Under the pieces are notes generated by a model. The model was given only the letters and a program-made list of their open reading frames with translations. It was not told the DNA's origin and searched no databases. Shown piece after piece: positions 62,560 to 64,000 of a DNA stretch of 64,000 nt. This DNA comes from Clostridia bacterium (GTDB taxonomy: Bacteria > Bacillota > Clostridia > UBA1212 > DUPL01): contig JBMNIW010000008.1 of NCBI GenBank assembly GCA_050951325.1, positions 288,001-352,000 on the forward strand. Direction: 5' to 3'. The position numbers were made by a program, and so were the translations under genes. The stretch's first letter is position 1. Each line of letters starts with the position of its first letter.

Positions 62560-63537
62560 TCAACTGTTCCACCTCAATGATATTTCACCATAATTTAAAG
62601 ACTCAACCTTGCCCTCTTCGCATCTGACTACAAGCCCTCCATTGTCATCTATGTCAATGACGTGTGCCTTTTTTCTGTTTTCTCCCACCAAGATCTCCAC
62701 ATCCCTGCCTACAACAATCGACATCTCCCTGTACTCCTGTATAAACTTCTTTTCCTTTAGACTTTCAGGAGCTGTAAGAGATTGCAGCTCATTCAATACT
62801 TCTGCAACAAGCCGGTTTCTAGGTACAAACCCATCCTTCGAGTTGCATATTGAGCCTGCCACCGCCTCCAAATCCTCCGGAAAATCTTTTGTTGAAACAT
62901 TGATTCCAATACCAATGATGACAAGATTTATTCTTCCATTCTCCAAATCAAAGGATCCTTCTGTTAGAATTCCGCATATCTTTTTTCCATTCAGGAAGAT
63001 GTCATTTACCCACTTTATACCACACTCAATGCCTGTCAGTTTGTAAATTGCCCTGCATACAGCAATGCAGGCAGCCACCGTCACCACATTGTAAATATTT
63101 GCATCATCCTGCGGTCTTAGAATATAGCTCATATAAACGCCGGTGTCTTTTGGTGAGTAAAAACTTCTGTTTTGTCTTCCTCTTCCCTTTGTCTGACCGT
63201 TTGCTACAATCACACTGCCATCTTCATTACCTTCCATGGCAATTTCCTTTGCGGTCTTGTTTGTTGACTCCACAGTATCAAAAACATATATATTGCCTCT
63301 GTAGTCATCTCTTAGATAAGGAAGAATACCTTCCACCGACAAAACATCGCTTTCACTTAGCAATCTGTAGCCCTTTTTGGTAACAGACTCTATTAGGTGG
63401 CCTTCTTCCCTTAGTGAGTTTACAGCTTTATTTACAGCAGCTCTTGATACGTTGAAATTAAACGCCATATCTTCTCCCGAAATGTATTTATCCCTGCTTT
63501 GTTCCAAGAGCTTGAGTATGTTTATCTTCAAAGACAT
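62560..63537 (-). CDS. birA: Biotin-protein ligase/repressor
   Basis: N-terminal HTH, STN, QTKGRGRQNR, KWVND, KICGIL, GIGIN. Confidence 0.95.
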   Translation of the reverse strand: MSLKINILKLLEQSRDKYISGEDMAFNFNVSRAAVNKAVNSLREEGHLIESVTKKGYRLLSESDVLSVEGILPYLRDDYRGNIYVFDTVESTNKTAKEIAMEGNEDGSVIVANGQTKGRGRQNRSFYSPKDTGVYMSYILRPQDDANIYNVVTVAACIAVCRAIYKLTGIECGIKWVNDIFLNGKKICGILTEGSFDLENGRINLVIIGIGINVSTKDFPEDLEAVAGSICNSKDGFVPRNRLVAEVLNELQSLTAPESLKEKKFIQEYREMSIVVGRDVEILVGENRKKAHVIDIDDNGGLVVRCEEGKVESLNYGEISLRWNS

Positions 63538-63580
63538 AAAAAAACCCCTTTCGCAGAATATATTACTCCTGCAAAAGGGA

Positions 63581-63614
63581 ATTGTCAACCATTTTTGTTT
63601 TTTGAGTTTACAAT
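63581..63614. promoter_or_regulatory. BirA operator
   Basis: ATTGTCAAC-N16-GTTTACAAT upstream of birA-bioY. Confidence 0.85.
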
Positions 63615-64000
63615 CAAACCCTTCTCCAAGTATTGGGTGTGAACAGCAGAATTATCGGGAACAGCTCAAGCCTGCCAACCAGCATATCTACCATAAGAAC
63701 AAATTTAGACAAAGATGAAAATATTGAAAAATTGCCAGAAGGCCCTGCAGCACCAAAACCAGGCCCAACATTGCTCAAGCACGTTAGAACCGAACCTAAC
63801 GTAGTATCTGCAGATTTGGCATCCAGGGATATTATCATTGTGCTTGCTGCAAATATTAATACATAGATTGAAAAGTATGCCGCTATCCCACTCAGCAGGG
63901 TGTCCTGCTGAACTTTGCTATCCACTTTCAATTGTACAACACTTCTAGGATTTATTAATTTCTTGATCTCTACAAAGCCCATTTTAATGAAAATCAGGAA
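63614..64000 (-). CDS. trkH: TrkH-family K+ uptake protein, C-terminal part
   Basis: CLSNVGPGFG, MLVGRLELFP. Confidence 0.88.
   Translation of the reverse strand, partial: FLIFIKMGFVEIKKLINPRSVVQLKVDSKVQQDTLLSGIAAYFSIYVLIFAASTMIISLDAKSADTTLGSVLTCLSNVGPGFGAAGPSGNFSIFSSLSKFVLMVDMLVGRLELFPIILLFTPNTWRRV

Overview
Bacterial chromosomal window, most likely a clostridial anaerobe (inferred from gene content; roughly 39% GC by eye). Core content: heterodimeric ABC exporter, trmB, rnpB, nif3/trmK, gdh, fprA, 5'-nucleotidase, pcm, tRNA(CAU), copA-copZ-csoR with operator, and birA-bioY with operator. Many secreted or anchored carbohydrate-type proteins are also present. The most unusual structure is a 9.8-kb IS4-like element (11440-21247) with intact inverted repeats and an 8-bp target duplication. 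Its transposase is split by an 8187-bp AT-rich cargo bounded by AGTATAC direct repeats; the cargo starts and ends inside genes and has no recognisable recombinase. Other highlights: a motif-degenerate helicase IV homolog upstream of a short RpoD-like sigma; a ~1050-aa ECF sigma with TPR-like and duplicated C-terminal domains next to a PP2C phosphatase; an intact IS605 (tnpA+tnpB+omega RNA) joining two different truncated genes; a related mini-IS605 with a different tnpB/RE module; a compact SAM-I-like riboswitch over a collapsed gene; and repeated erosion of accessory genes by internal deletions. All calls come from reading the sequence; no database searches were run.
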